DNA of 63,157 nt, the filler included, from Octopus bimaculoides (Eukaryota), in NCBI RefSeq assembly GCF_001194135.2. It is 9 parts of 7 records of this genome, joined end to end, with 100 filler letters (N's around TTAATTAATTAA, not from the genome) between each part and the next. Parts side by side here need not be neighbours in the genome. Positions count along the whole stretch, not along the records: positions 1 to 20,818 come from NC_068982.1; positions 20,919 to 23,787 come from NW_026434396.1; positions 23,888 to 30,962 come from NC_068983.1; 6 more parts are not named here. The stretch is one strand, 5' to 3'. Shown here in pieces: positions 14,240 through 26,880 of this stretch. The notes under the pieces are model-generated. The model did not search any database. It saw nothing but the letters and a program-made list of their open reading frames with translations, and was not told where the DNA came from. Each line of letters opens with the position of its first letter. The stretch's first letter is position 1. Position numbers and translations under genes: made by a program.

Positions 14240-14445
14240 ACTCTAAGCACAAGGCCCGAAATTTTTGGGGATGGGGCCCAGTCGATTAGATCGATCCCAG
14301 TACTTGACTGGTACTTAATTCATCGACCCCGAAAGGATGAAAGGCAAAGTCGATTGCGACGGAATTTGAACCCCGAACGAAGACAGACGAAATATCGCAA
14401 AGAATTTCGCCCGGCGTGCTAACGATTTTGCCAGCTCGCCGCTTT
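14240..14445 (-). mobile_element. SINE family B
   Basis: Reverse complement match to 417-858. Confidence 0.8.
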
Positions 14446-14949
14446 CACACAATTATATATTATTAAATCTATAACTTGGTTTCAGAAAGAGTGCTTGGGA
14501 TCATCAGCAGACGAAGATATAAGTTTAGAAGTAACAGTGACACATGTCAGCGGGTGCACACGGAACCCCTTCCCACAAACACGCACATACACATACACAT
14601 ACACATGCACTTAATATTGTTATATGTATTTGATTATATGTTTGTGTAGATGTACATTGACGTTTATGTAAAATCTGAGACGGAGAGCTTATGTATAATA
14701 TACTGTGTATAATCTTGTGTGCGATACACTGCTAAGAGAAAAGAGAACGCATTTATCTTTGCAACTCTGTGGAGACATGTTAATATATCTGACATCTGCA
14801 GACAAAAGATGGCTTCCAAGTGTTCACATATGCGCATACAAAGAGCTAGGTGTGCATACAAGCATAGACAAGTTGATCTTCACACGCTCACACATGTCAG
14901 GACTGCACACGCTCACACATGTGATATACATATACATACACACACACAC

Positions 14950-15110
14950 GATCGGCTTCTTCCAGTTTCCAAGTACCAAATCCTCTCACAAGCCTTTCGT
15001 CGGTCCGTCCCCTTAGTTATAGTAGAAGACACTTGCCCAAGGTACCACGTAGTGGGTCTGGACCCAGAACCATGTGGTTGGGAAGTAAACTTTTAAACAC
15101 ATAGCCATGT
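14950..15110 (-). mobile_element. SINE family A, 5' half
   Basis: CTTCTTCCAGTTTCC...AAGACACTTGCCCAAGGTACCACG...AACCATGTGGTTGG matches family A. Confidence 0.75.
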
Positions 15111-15140
15111 CTATATACATACATACATATACATACATAC

Positions 15141-15175
<35 letters not shown>

Positions 15176-15599
15176 NNNNNNNNNNNNNNNNNNNNNNNNN
15201 NNNNNNNNNNNNNNNNNNNNNNNNNNNNNNNNATATATATACACATACACATATTTATGTATAGGTATATAATGTATATATATATATATATATATATATG
15301 TACATATATAATATATATGCATGTGATATACATATCAAATATGTTATGTATATACATATATGTGTGTGTGCGAATGTGTATATTTGTGTATGTGCGCGTG
15401 TGCATGTGTGTGTGTGTGCGGTATGCACTCGCCAGACATGACAAACCGTCCAGTCCTGACATGTGTGAGCGTGTGCAGATCAACTTGTCTATGCTTTGTG
15501 CTTTGTATGTTTTGTTACATCAGACAGAGCGTCCCTCCAATCGACACATTTATGTACTTAGGACCGCCTGCTAGGTATTAGTACCTTAATATCTTGTAT

Positions 15600-16030
15600 T
15601 AAAGTTATATTGCAGCTGGTCGACCAAGCAGCGACAAAAGCGCTCTACAACGTGTTCTTATAAAGTCTCTAGACTGCTTCAGTCCTCACTTCCTTAAAGA
15701 AAGTTCTCTGGGTGCATAGCAAGGAGGATCATCTAAGATTACAGCTTACTGTTTATCCTGCTGTTGTTGTGCTTTTTGCTTAATCTTTAATCCTAGTAGG
15801 GTAATGATCATAGCGCCTGTAACGTCTATCTTGTGGTGCCGTTGTCAGGGGCTTTCTTTATGTTTGATGTTGTAAAGGTTTTGTGTTCGTTGAGAAACTT
15901 TAGACGGTTTCAATTCCGGAGATGTAGAGCGGGACAAAACTTCAGGAGTGGGATATACTGTGCCGCTGACGATAGTAGTGGGGATAGGGGAATCCAAATG
16001 TTTTGCTGGGAATGGCCAATAATTTTATAG
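15600..16030 (-). mobile_element. Probable Penelope-like element 3' end (endonuclease C-terminus plus pLTR remnant), degenerate
   Basis: Minus translation YKIIGHSQ...FCPAL...KFL resembles the GIY-YIG C-terminus; downstream CTGAAGCA-GTCT-AG-AGACT resembles a decayed hammerhead with GAAA lost. Confidence 0.4.
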
Positions 16031-16056
16031 ACAAAGAATCGTCCTCTTTGTGGTAG

Positions 16057-16157
<101 letters not shown>

Positions 16158-16399
16158 GGGGGAAATAGGGAAGAAGACGGAGGAGTAGGGTCCTCTTCAG
16201 TAATTCAACTTTAATCTAATGACCCTTATAAAATCTTGTCCAGTCTTGTGATTCCAGCTCTGGTTCTAATTCCGTGTTGACCATTATGATTCGAACTTAG
16301 CAGTGGACCCCCATACATAAGTTATTCACTACTTGGTCGATGTTAACGATGACAATGACGTTTATACTAACATTAGGATTAACCATCAATTTTTGCAGT

Positions 16400-16680
16400 G
16401 ATTTGATTGGACCAGTCGATGTTTCTGGCAAATTTGATTGGTTGGACAACAACAAATTCCGCAGACAACGCCTTTGCTCTCAACTATGCCAAGAAGAAAA
16501 GAAACCAAGGAAGACCAAGACTGAGAGTCAAAGATACTGCAGAAAGAAGTGTGAAGTAGAAAGGAATTGATCATAATAAACGGCAGACTCAAGCGAAAGA
16601 CCGACCAGAATAGAGAAAGCTTATCAAATCAGGCCAAAGCCGTGAACAATCATTGTCGCGACGACTGATTGCAGATAAGA
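16400..16680 (+). mobile_element. RTE LINE C-terminal fragment
   Basis: (G)KRNQGRPRLRVKDTA..GID...QAKDRPE, the RTE G.R..GRP..R.KD and A.DR motifs; frameshifted. Confidence 0.65.
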
Positions 16681-18261
16681 TAGAATTAGATCGATTAGGA
16701 ATTTGTGTTAGCTGCAATCTGTCTGGACCAACTGCAACTCTCCTTCAGATATGAATGACTGATTCATTTTGATGTTAGATACGAAACTCTGCTCCCCCTT
16801 TCAACACACACCATTTGAAAAACACAAACAATATGGCCACTTTGACGCATTACGTGTGTCACCTCAAAAGTACTTCCGGTGTTTAACAACCAATCGTATT
16901 TTTGTTTTCATATTTATATCAGCCATGATCAAGCAGATCTGTGATCAAAGGTCGTCCAGCTATGACCATCCAGGTCTATTGTTAAGACGGTGCTATCTAT
17001 TTACAACTACAGTTGTTGTTATCTACATGTCTCCTTTTTCAAAGACAGTATATTTGTTTTGAGGGAGATTTGGCTGTTATTTCTTCGATCAAGTCGAGCG
17101 ACCACAAAGCGATCTCTTAATCGGTTTCTTTCGTTTTTATGAATCCGAGGATCTTCCTGCAACCGTATTATGTAAACCCGTAGACCTCATTAGAATGAAG
17201 AAACCATGAATAATACGGCGAGATTTTGTGGGTCAGCGACAGCCTTAATTAATTAGAATAACAACAGTTCATTAATTCTCTTTTTTGGTGCCGACCATTA
17301 CGATTCCAGTCAGACTGAGATCTTCACGAGAAATTCACTAAGTGGTCAACTCACTACGAGAAATAACGGTCAAATCTCTCTCAAATCACACCTGCAGTGA
17401 AGGACACATTGTATGATGTAGTCATAAATATACTAAGATAAGAAATAAAACTGGACGGTTACACCTGGAACGCCATTGATCATAGGTTGTCATAAAAAAT
17501 ATCTACTTTCTCAGGCGACACCTAACTGTGGTACTGAGTACTTAGGGATTTCAATTCCCAGCTGAAACCACTTCACTCCCCACCACTTTCTATTCTATAA
17601 ATATATTCTGACTGTCCACCATTGAAATAACTTTACGCTCTGATGTAGGAAATCACTGAACCATCACTATAAAACACTCCAAAGAGATCGCTTTGTGGTT
17701 TAACAGCCTCCCCTCAAACCATCCTTGATCAAGCGAACATAAGACCACACGCCATCCAGCCATGACTATTCCGTCTTTTGGTATATCTAGGACTACATTG
17801 TCCTATATGTCGCTTCCATTTTAAAAATGAAAGAGTGTTGACTGCTATTTCTTGTAGGTTCAGCGTGAGACAAAGATGCTCCCTCGTTGATTGGAGCAGA
17901 GCGCCATGAAGGACCGCGTGTCAGACTAAAGAATAACGTATACGAACGGTCATTCAAGAAGTGACTGTCGTTATATCTTTTAATCACGTCTTCTCGTTAA
18001 AAGCTGACTTGCGGCTAAACAACAACAACAACAACAACAACATATTGATTCCATCATCTACATTTCCCCCCCTCCCCTGTTCCATCTGCGCCCACCTCCT
18101 CCCATAAAAGTGGCGTCGTACCAAGTGAAAAGCAAGCCACTGCTGCATTTCTATGCTTTCTTGTCTGAAGCAATTTATGGAGTCCGGAGAAATATTTTAA
18201 CAGATTTCACCATTCTTGCTATCACGTAGCAGAATCCATTCAACGTTTTTACCCATTACCG

Positions 18262-18420
18262 ATGACGACGATGATGATGATGACGATGATGATGATGATG
18301 ATGATGATGACGACGACGATGATGATGATGACGACGATGATGATGATGATGACGACGACGACGACGATGATGACGACGATGATGATGATGATGATGGCGA
18401 TGATGACAATGATATCGATG
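18262..18420. repeat. Compound (GAT)/(GAC) trinucleotide array
   Basis: Visible directly in the sequence; source of the poly-D, poly-S and poly-M ORFs. Confidence 0.95.
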
Positions 18421-18772
18421 ATGTCGGTGGCGGTAGTGGTGGTGGCGGTAATTATGATGACGACGACTATGGCAGCCATATTGATGGCTAAAAATGGCAA
18501 CCAATATTGCTGTTGTTGTTATTGCAATGAAAGTGATTCTTTTTCTAATGCAGCAGCAACAGTAACAGATATGTTGTTGTTGTTGTTGTTCTTTGGTTGC
18601 TTTTTGTTTCGTTCTGTTTTGTTATTTCTTTTCCTTATTTGATCTTTTATTTCTTTCTTTGTATTTCGCATGAGCGACATCTCCACAAAAACCCATTTGG
18701 CCTCTGATATCCCTGCTTACTTCCAGTTAGGATGGCGATGGTGGGTGGCGATGGTGGGTGGCGATGGTATTG

Positions 18773-18804
<32 letters not shown>

Positions 18805-18924
18805 GTTGGTGGTGGTGATGGTGGCGGTGGCAGAGTCGAGTATGATATTGTTTTGCTTGTTTTGGTCGTTTTCTGAGGTCCAAGCAATATACAAGCCATC
18901 ACTGCTGCTCTGCTGGTGTATGTG

Positions 18925-18968
<44 letters not shown>

Positions 18969-19883
18969 TCATACACACACGCACGTGCTCACACATATAT
19001 ATGATATACATACATACACACACACAAATATATATATGTATATACATATATATGTGTGTGTGTGTGTGTGTGTACATGTGTATATGTATGTGTTAGTGTG
19101 TGTGTATGTGTGCGTAGAGGTAAAAAGAGGCTGACAACGGCCACTATAAAATGCATTTCCTCCCTCTCACCTCCCACCTTTCTGCTTTTTATTTCTCTTT
19201 CTTTTTCTCTTTCTCCCTTACTCTCAATTGCCCCGACCACCTCTGTCGACCGCCTTTCCTATTATATTCCCGCGGAATGAGAAAATAAAAGCAAAAGCAA
19301 AAATAAAGAAAACCCAACAATAAACTACAGCAACACCGATAACAACAACAACATAAAACATCGGAACGCTAGGACAAAAAGAATCAGCAACAACAACAAC
19401 AACAACGATAGGGAATCAATCCGGTTAACAATAACAAAGACAAGAATAACGATAACAAGAAGAGGAAGAATAAAAATGGCGCCAATAAAAAGGTTAACGT
19501 TTATTAACGATAATGTCTTAATAAAAGACTAATACTGTCTATAAAGGATAATGTCACTTTATTGTGGCCTCCCCGACTATTACTGCAGCAGCCCTCGCTT
19601 GCGCTGCTCTCACTTCTCTCCCTTCTCTCCTTTCTTTCTTTCCTTTCTTTCTTTCTTTCTTTCCTTCTTTCCCTTTTTCCCTTTCTCTCTTTCTTCCTTT
19701 CTTCTTTATCTTATCCTCTTCCTCCTTCTCTGCTTCCATTACGACGACCACCACCACCACCATGACCACCACAGCCACCATCACCATCTCCTCCTTCTCT
19801 CCGTCCTCCTCTTCCTCCACTTCATTATCATCATCCTCATCAGCATCATCATCCTCATCATCATCATCATCATCATCTTTCTT

Positions 19884-19914
<31 letters not shown>

Positions 19915-20566
19915 TCCTTCTTCTTCTTCTTCTTCTCCTCCTCTTCCTCCTCCTCCTCCTCCTCCTCTTCCTCCTCCTTCTCCTCTCCCTTCGTCTTCAT
20001 TCATCCATCCATTCAAGTGTTGTGTTGGTGCAGTTGTGACTGTAGTAGGAGTGGTGTTCATGGTGGTAGAGGTGTTTTGCGATGAGGGTGGCGGTAGTGG
20101 TGAGGTGGCTGTAAGGTGGTGGTGACGGCGGTAGTGGTTTCATTGCTGTTGTTTGTGTTATGATGTTACCAATGGTGGTGGCGGCGGCGGTGATGACGCT
20201 TGTTGTGATGTTACCAATAGTAGTGGTGGTGGTGGTGGTGGTGGTGGTGGTGGTGACAAAAGGCTGGAGCGTGTACAACGTGCATGTCAAAATGGTGGGG
20301 AGTCCGCCATGACAGATCACACACAATTGCATTGAAATCCATCGTCGCACCCACCCCGCCTCCACCTCCTCTAACATAGTCGCACATGGCCACGTACGAA
20401 CGCTCACGATCGGTGGCGATCGCGACGCACGAACACAATGACAATTAGCTGATGTTGTTGTTGTTGTTGTTGTGATTGTGTGTGACAGACGCTTTCTGTC
20501 TTTGTTCTATGATCATGGTTGTCATTGCTACTGTGCCTCCCCTTCTTTCTCTCTCTATTGCTTCGT

Positions 20567-20605
<39 letters not shown>

Positions 20606-20818
20606 CCTACGTCTATTCATCTCTTACATTACTGATGTTCAATACTTCTCTCCCTTTGTTAAAAAGTCAAAGATAAAAGGTGGCAGCAGTCACTAAAACA
20701 ACCTCTTAAGCTCTTGACGTTTCGTTACTTACCCCTCCCACCCTCCTTCACTCCCCCTCCCACCAGTTGGCTTTTATTTATTTATTTACCTATTTATTAA
20801 TTTATTTAATTATTCTCC

Positions 20819-20918
20819 NNNNNNNNNNNNNNNNNNNNNNNNNNNNNNNNNNNNNNNNNNNNTTAATTAATTAANNNNNNNNNNNNNNNNNNNNNNNNNN
20901 NNNNNNNNNNNNNNNNNN
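20819..20918. other. Artificial concatenation linker
   Basis: N44-TTAATTAATTAA-N44, stop codons in all six frames. Confidence 0.95.
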
Positions 20919-21020
20919 CCTCGCTCCACACCATGGACCCACACACTCACGACTCCACCTGAAACAGCGGTATATCTTTAATCTACGAACTACTATCCCC
21001 TTTGGACTAAATACAAACCC
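20919..21020 (+). mobile_element. Penelope-like GIY-YIG endonuclease C-terminal fragment
   Basis: HSRLHLKQRYIFNLRTTIPFGLN matches the R..E..WI..L.T..P.GLN end of PLE GIY-YIG domains. Confidence 0.65.
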
Positions 21021-21189
21021 CTCCTCCTATCGACTGCCTCTACACCTCCTACAACTAAGCAACCGTATTTCATTTTTCATTTGTTGCATGAAATTGCGCT
21101 ACTTTATATTGCATTTTTAACTTCTTTATCCCCTTTCAACTTGTTTTTATAATTTATTGTTGTGTTATATTTATAATTCATTGTTTTTT

Positions 21190-22330
21190 TCTATATACAC
21201 ACACACGTACATGCATATACATACATATTCACACACGAAAAAACACACACACCCGTATACACACATGAACACACTTATACCTCCCACACACACCACACAC
21301 ATACATGCACATATACACATATGCACATGCACACAAATACACACACATACCCACATACTCCCATGCGTACACACACGTGCACAAATGCACACATACACAC
21401 ACACAGGAATGCACAGATACCTAACCCACATAACCCCCCACACACACAGGCACACATACCTATATACACACACACAAGCAAACGTACACATGCACACAAC
21501 CACATACACATACATACTCAAGCACATGTGCATACACGCAACAAAATGCACACACTCACAGTTGTAAACGCATACATGCACATACTCACAGGTACGCACA
21601 TATATGCCTACACAAACCCCACACACAACCCATGCACACGCGCTGACACAAACTCACATATACATACACACAATATATACATACACGCACACACACACAT
21701 ACTCATACACATATAGACACATATACACACACACACATACCTAACACTCACAACCCCACGCGTACACATATACACACCCGCATACACACACACATACACA
21801 CGCACACACAACTACACGCACACACAACTACAAGCACATACACATACACCTACACACACATGCACATGCATGCACACGCAAAAAAATGCACATATACCCC
21901 CTACACAACCCCTCGTTCATACACACATGCACAAACACACATGCACACATACATGCACACACACAAAATACACACACACACACATACACACACATGTACA
22001 CTTACACGCACACACATATACCCACACACACACAGATGAATCCACACATACCTCCCATACACACACACAGCACACACTCATACATACACACACACACACA
22101 ATTATACATACATGTACGCACACATGCACATACAAGCACACACATGCACACACACGCACGCACACAGAGTAAAGTATAATTACTCCACAGACAACTTGAT
22201 GCGCAGTCACACATATCCACACGTACACACACATCCATACATACCCACACGTACACACATACATACACACACACATACTTCAAACTACCAGTACCTTTCT
22301 ACTGACCATTCTCCTACGCACATGTGTAAG
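21190..22330. repeat. Cryptic (CA)/(CATA)-rich low-complexity tract
   Basis: About 1.1 kb of degenerate CA repeats. Confidence 0.9.
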
Positions 22331-22611
22331 TAGACACAACAGGCAGCCACTCCTACCAAATTCTTACTATTAATTCTTCCTATGACCCTAACGATACTAT
22401 GTCCAGCCACACACATACATAAACAGCCACAACTACACACAAATACATACACGCACGCACGCACACACACATACCTCCTTCTCTTGCACTCTCCTGTCTT
22501 TGAAAAGAACTTTTTCTCCACCCTTTCCCTTCCCGTCATTCCAATATGTGACTGCGTGTGCATCGTTGGCGATTTTCTTTCTCTGTCTTCTCTTCTTGGG
22601 ACTTTTCCTAT

Positions 22612-22646
22612 ATTTCTGACGAAGATCTCCGATCGAAACATTAAAT
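22612..22646 (+). ncRNA. Degenerate minimal type I hammerhead ribozyme motif (PLE pLTR type)
   Basis: ATTT-CTGACGA-A-GATC-TCC-GATC-GAAA-CA-T-T-AAAT: 4-bp stem I, 4-bp stem II; stem III ACAT is probably a CpG-decayed ACGT palindrome. Confidence 0.45.
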
Positions 22647-23230
22647 CCTCTTTCTTTCCTTTCCTTTCCTTCCTGAGTGTCCAATAACACTGTACTTATT
22701 CCACGTCCTCGCGTTGTTTTTGTTGTTTTTTCGTGTTTTTTCTTTCTTGTTCATGTTGAAANNNNNNNNNNNNNNNNNNNNNNNNNNNNNNNNNNNNNNN
22801 NNNNNNNNNNNNNNNNNNNNNNNNNNNNNNNNNNNNNNNNNNNNNNNNNNNNNNNNNNNNNNNNNNNNNNNNNNNNNNNNNNNNNNNNNNNNNNNNNNNN
22901 NNNNNNNNNNNNNNNNNNNNNNNNNNNNNNNNNNNNNNNNNNNNNNNNNNNNNNNNNNNNNNNNNNNNNNNNNNNNNNNNNNNNNNNNNNNNNNNNNNNN
23001 NNNNNNNNNNNNNNNNNNNNNNNNNNNNNNNNNNNNNNNNNNNNNNNNNNNNNNNNNNNNNNNNNNNNNNNNNNNNNNNNNNNNNNNNNNNNNNNNNNNN
23101 NNNNNNNNNNNNNNNNNNNNNNNNNNNNNNNNNNNNNNNNNNNNNNNNNNNNNNNNNNNNNNNNNNNNNNNNNNNNNNNNNNNNNNNNNNNNNNNNNNNN
23201 NNNNNNNNNNNNNNNNNNNNNNNNNNNNNN

Positions 23231-23547
23231 ACATGTTTCAAAATATATGTCAGCTCTCCTTCAAAGAAGTAAGAGCTGCTGGAATTCCGCATATATTCAT
23301 CTTCAGGGAATCAACATATAAAAGCAAGACAAATGCGAAATGATGAGGTAACTTACGAGCTAAGATGTTACATGGCCAAGTGACGGTTACATGTTCACTT
23401 GGCCATGTAACATCTTAGCTCGTAAGTTACCTCATCATTTCGCATTTGTCTTGCTTTTATATGTTGATTCCCTGAAGATGAATATATGTGGAATTCCAGC
23501 AGCTCTTACTTCTTTGAAGGAGAGCTGACATATATTTTGAAACATGT
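23231..23547. repeat. Near-perfect long inverted repeat (153-bp arms, 11-nt loop)
   Basis: 23231-23383 is the reverse complement of 23395-23547 with one mismatch; the left arm runs into the N gap. Confidence 0.95.
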
Positions 23548-23556
23548 GGGAATTAA
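23464..23556 (+). ncRNA. Type I hammerhead ribozyme fold with extended stem II; G at position 17
   Basis: Stem I TTGATTCC/GGAATTAA; core CTGAAGA (23472-78); stem II TGAATATATGT/ACATATATTTT extended by CAGCTCT/AGAGCTG and CTTC/GAAG; GAAA (23539-42); palindromic ACATGT stem III; N17 = G23548. Confidence 0.7.
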
Positions 23557-23787
23557 AGGAACTTTTATTTGTATGCGTTTTGCTCCATTTATTGTTATTA
23601 TTCATATCTTCTCAAAATGCATCACTTCAACTTGGTATCTCTACCTATAAAACGAGTGTGATATCTTGGTTTCTTCTTGTGTAATTTTTGCTACCTATGG
23701 TAACTATTAACATATTTACATTGTCAAAGGTTTTTTTTAAAACTAAGATAATATTAATATATACATAAACTAATATATATATATATA

Positions 23788-23887
23788 NNNNNNNNNNNNN
23801 NNNNNNNNNNNNNNNNNNNNNNNNNNNNNNNTTAATTAATTAANNNNNNNNNNNNNNNNNNNNNNNNNNNNNNNNNNNNNNNNNNNN
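23788..23887. other. Artificial concatenation linker
   Basis: N44-TTAATTAATTAA-N44. Confidence 0.95.
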
Positions 23888-26419
23888 TATATATATATAT
23901 ATATATATATGCACACGACTTCTCTGTTTTGCATGCACACATAAAACAAATTTAATTTATAATTGAAAATATCAAGAGCGTGTGATTTGATCTGTTCATC
24001 TATCATTTTGATAGATATTTTCATTTTATTTTGTTGCTTTTGTTGTTGATATTTGTGAGAAATATAATTTTGTTTAGACATATATAGAGAGAGAGACTTT
24101 TAAAGAAGTACATACATACACAAATCTGTGCAGATAAACACACGCGTATATTCACATACGTACAGTTTCCACGTTTGTTTATCATTCATCAAGCTGATAA
24201 ATTCATCATTATGAAACTGATATCTTTCTGTAGTCTTATTTTTCAGAAGAATTTTTGTGAATTCGTCAAAAGTTGCACAACAATTAAACACATTTATCTA
24301 ATTATTTTCATTTCTCTTTTGGAGATTTGTGAATAGATCAAAGATAATTTAACTAGCTTTCCAGACATCTTATGTACAATTGAGATGATATAAATATGAC
24401 GTTAGATATTATCCATTCTAGTTATGCACAGAATCTTAATGAAGAAAGATAAGCTTGTTACAAGATACAGTAGTTGTTTATTAACATGTTGAATTTCATT
24501 GGTATTGCACTAATTACACAAGATTAATTAGCTTTTCTGATATATAGTTTGAAGTATTGTGGCATAATGATTAATAAACACCAAACAGATTTGCGAGTCA
24601 TTCACTAGCATGGTGACTAATTTATCATCAGATGCAATGGTATTGCTGTATTGATTTAATAAACTTCAAATATCACACTACTTTCTCGATTAATTAATCT
24701 CAATCTTATTTTTAACTTATGTCTGAGTGGGGCTGTTTTCTGCGGAGGCTGTCTTTGATTGTAAGCTTAGGGGAATGAGGTTACATCCATGGGGTCAATA
24801 TGAAGCTTGGGATAAGGTGGGGTGGTAAGCTGGCAAAATTGTTAGCATGCTGGCCAAAATGCTTAGCAGCATTTTGTCTGTCCTTACATTCTGAGTTCAA
24901 ACTCTGCCAAGGTCGACATTGCCTTTCATCCTTTCAGGGTCGATAAATTAAGTACCAGTTGAATATTGGGATTGATATAATTACTTTTCCCCCTCCTACC
25001 AAATTGCTGGCCTAGCGCCAATATCTGAAACCGATATGAAGTTAGGTGGATAGTTATGCGGGTAGTATACTGTCTGGTAGGAAAATAGAGGATTTCTACA
25101 TATTCTATGAAGAAATAGAATTTCACAAAATAGTGGCTTTCAGAAGAATGGAGTACAGTAATTTCTTGACCATCGTGGGTATTATGCTTCAAAACCTCCC
25201 ACAGAAATATTTAAAATGTAAAAAAATATAAGTACCTATCAGCTGCAGAAACCCGGATATACTGAGGAGTCCGTGATATAAATTCACATATATAGGCGCA
25301 GGAGTGGCTGTGTGGTAAGTAGCTTGCTTACCAACCACATGGTTCCTGGTTCAGTCCCACTGCGTGGCACCTTGGGCAAGTGTCTTCTACTATAGCCTAG
25401 GGCCTTACTTGGAAACTAATGAGGGTTGGTGACTGGAAAAGCATTCAGCCATAGAAAAAAATATAGCTCAATGAATTCTGTCTGATCCATGACATTAAAA
25501 CAATGAGGATATAAATGGTGAGAAATTGGCAGATAGTCCATGTTTGTAGCTGGCTTGGAAGCAAAAACATGTAGAATTTTGTAATTGAGGAGGCACATAT
25601 TGATAAGTTTTGCAAATTGTGGTTGTTATAGAATTAATAGATGCTGTAATACCTTAATGATTTCTTGGTTATTTGATAGGATAATTCTGTTACGATATAT
25701 CCCAGTGGTCCTAATAATTATCAAATACATAGTTAAGAAAGGAAAATTTGATATTTAGCTGATATTGATTTGTGAGTTGCCATATGACAATAAGAAGCTG
25801 CTCTGGTCTACCTCCTTCTTTAATACCATAATTTACAGTTCTTGGAATAAAACCACTCCAATCCTTGGGTTTAGGTTCCATAGTCTTGTTAGTGTATGAT
25901 GAGCTCTCTAGTGCCAATGGCATGAAAAGACCATCTAATACAGACTGTGAATGGCTGGTATTAGGAAGAGCATTCAGTTGCAGAAATCATGCTAAAGCAG
26001 ATACTGGAGTATGAGTATCAGATTGAGTGTCAAACCGTCAAACCCATGCTAGCATGGAAGATGGACAGTAAATGATGTTGAGGATTAATTTCTTTTGATT
26101 ATACACAAATCAAATACACTGTACAGAAGTGGTTACCTGAGTGAACACCAGTAGCTTGGTAGTTTTCCTTCTGTTGATTGTGGGAGGAATGTAAAAAAGT
26201 TCTAAAGAGGATATGATTTTAAAATATAAAGAGACAGGAGAATCTGCTAGGCCTAGTGGTTAGGCTATTCAGTTCATGATCATAAGGTCATAAGTTCAAT
26301 TCCCAGCAATGTGTTGTGTCCTTGAGCAAGACACTTTATTTCACATTGCTCCAGTCCACTCAGCTGGCAAAAATGAGTTGTACCTGTAAGTCAAAGGGGA
26401 CAGTCTTGTCAAATTCTAT

Positions 26420-26880
26420 GACATGCTCAATCCCCATGAGAACTACATTAAGGGCAGCATCGAGAACTGCCATTCTGAAACGTTGTCTGCAATGGGTGGG
26501 CCATGTAGCAAGAATGAAAGAAATCAGGCTGCTGCATCAAATTTTATATGGTGAACTTTCCACTGGAAGAAGACTCCATGGCCATCCCCTCCATCGATAC
26601 AAGGATCAGCAGAAGCAGAGCCTAAAACTGACTGGAATCGATCCCAAAGCATAGGACATTGAAGTTCAGGACAGGCCTGGCTGGCATCATTCCATCTCCA
26701 TTGTGATAAATCATTTTTAAGCTGAACGATGGAGGAAAGAGGAAGAGCAACAAGAAGAAAGAAAATGGAGGCTGCAACAACTAAAGCCCCCACCACGGAT
26801 CCCTTGTGAACTTTGCAACAGACAATTCCATGCAAGAATCAGTCTCATTAGTCATCAGAGGCATAAATACAGACAGGAGG
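26420..26880 (+). mobile_element. RTE/BovB-like LINE 3' end with C2H2-like knuckle
   Basis: RCLQWVGHVARMKEIRLLHQILYGELSTGRRLHGHPLHRYKDQQKQSLKLTGIDP..., then CELCNRQFHARISLISHQRH. Confidence 0.85.

Noticed and set aside
18197-20444. Poly-D, poly-H, poly-E and poly-S ORFs
   Set aside because: Trinucleotide microsatellites that are open in several frames on both strands; no splice or domain support.
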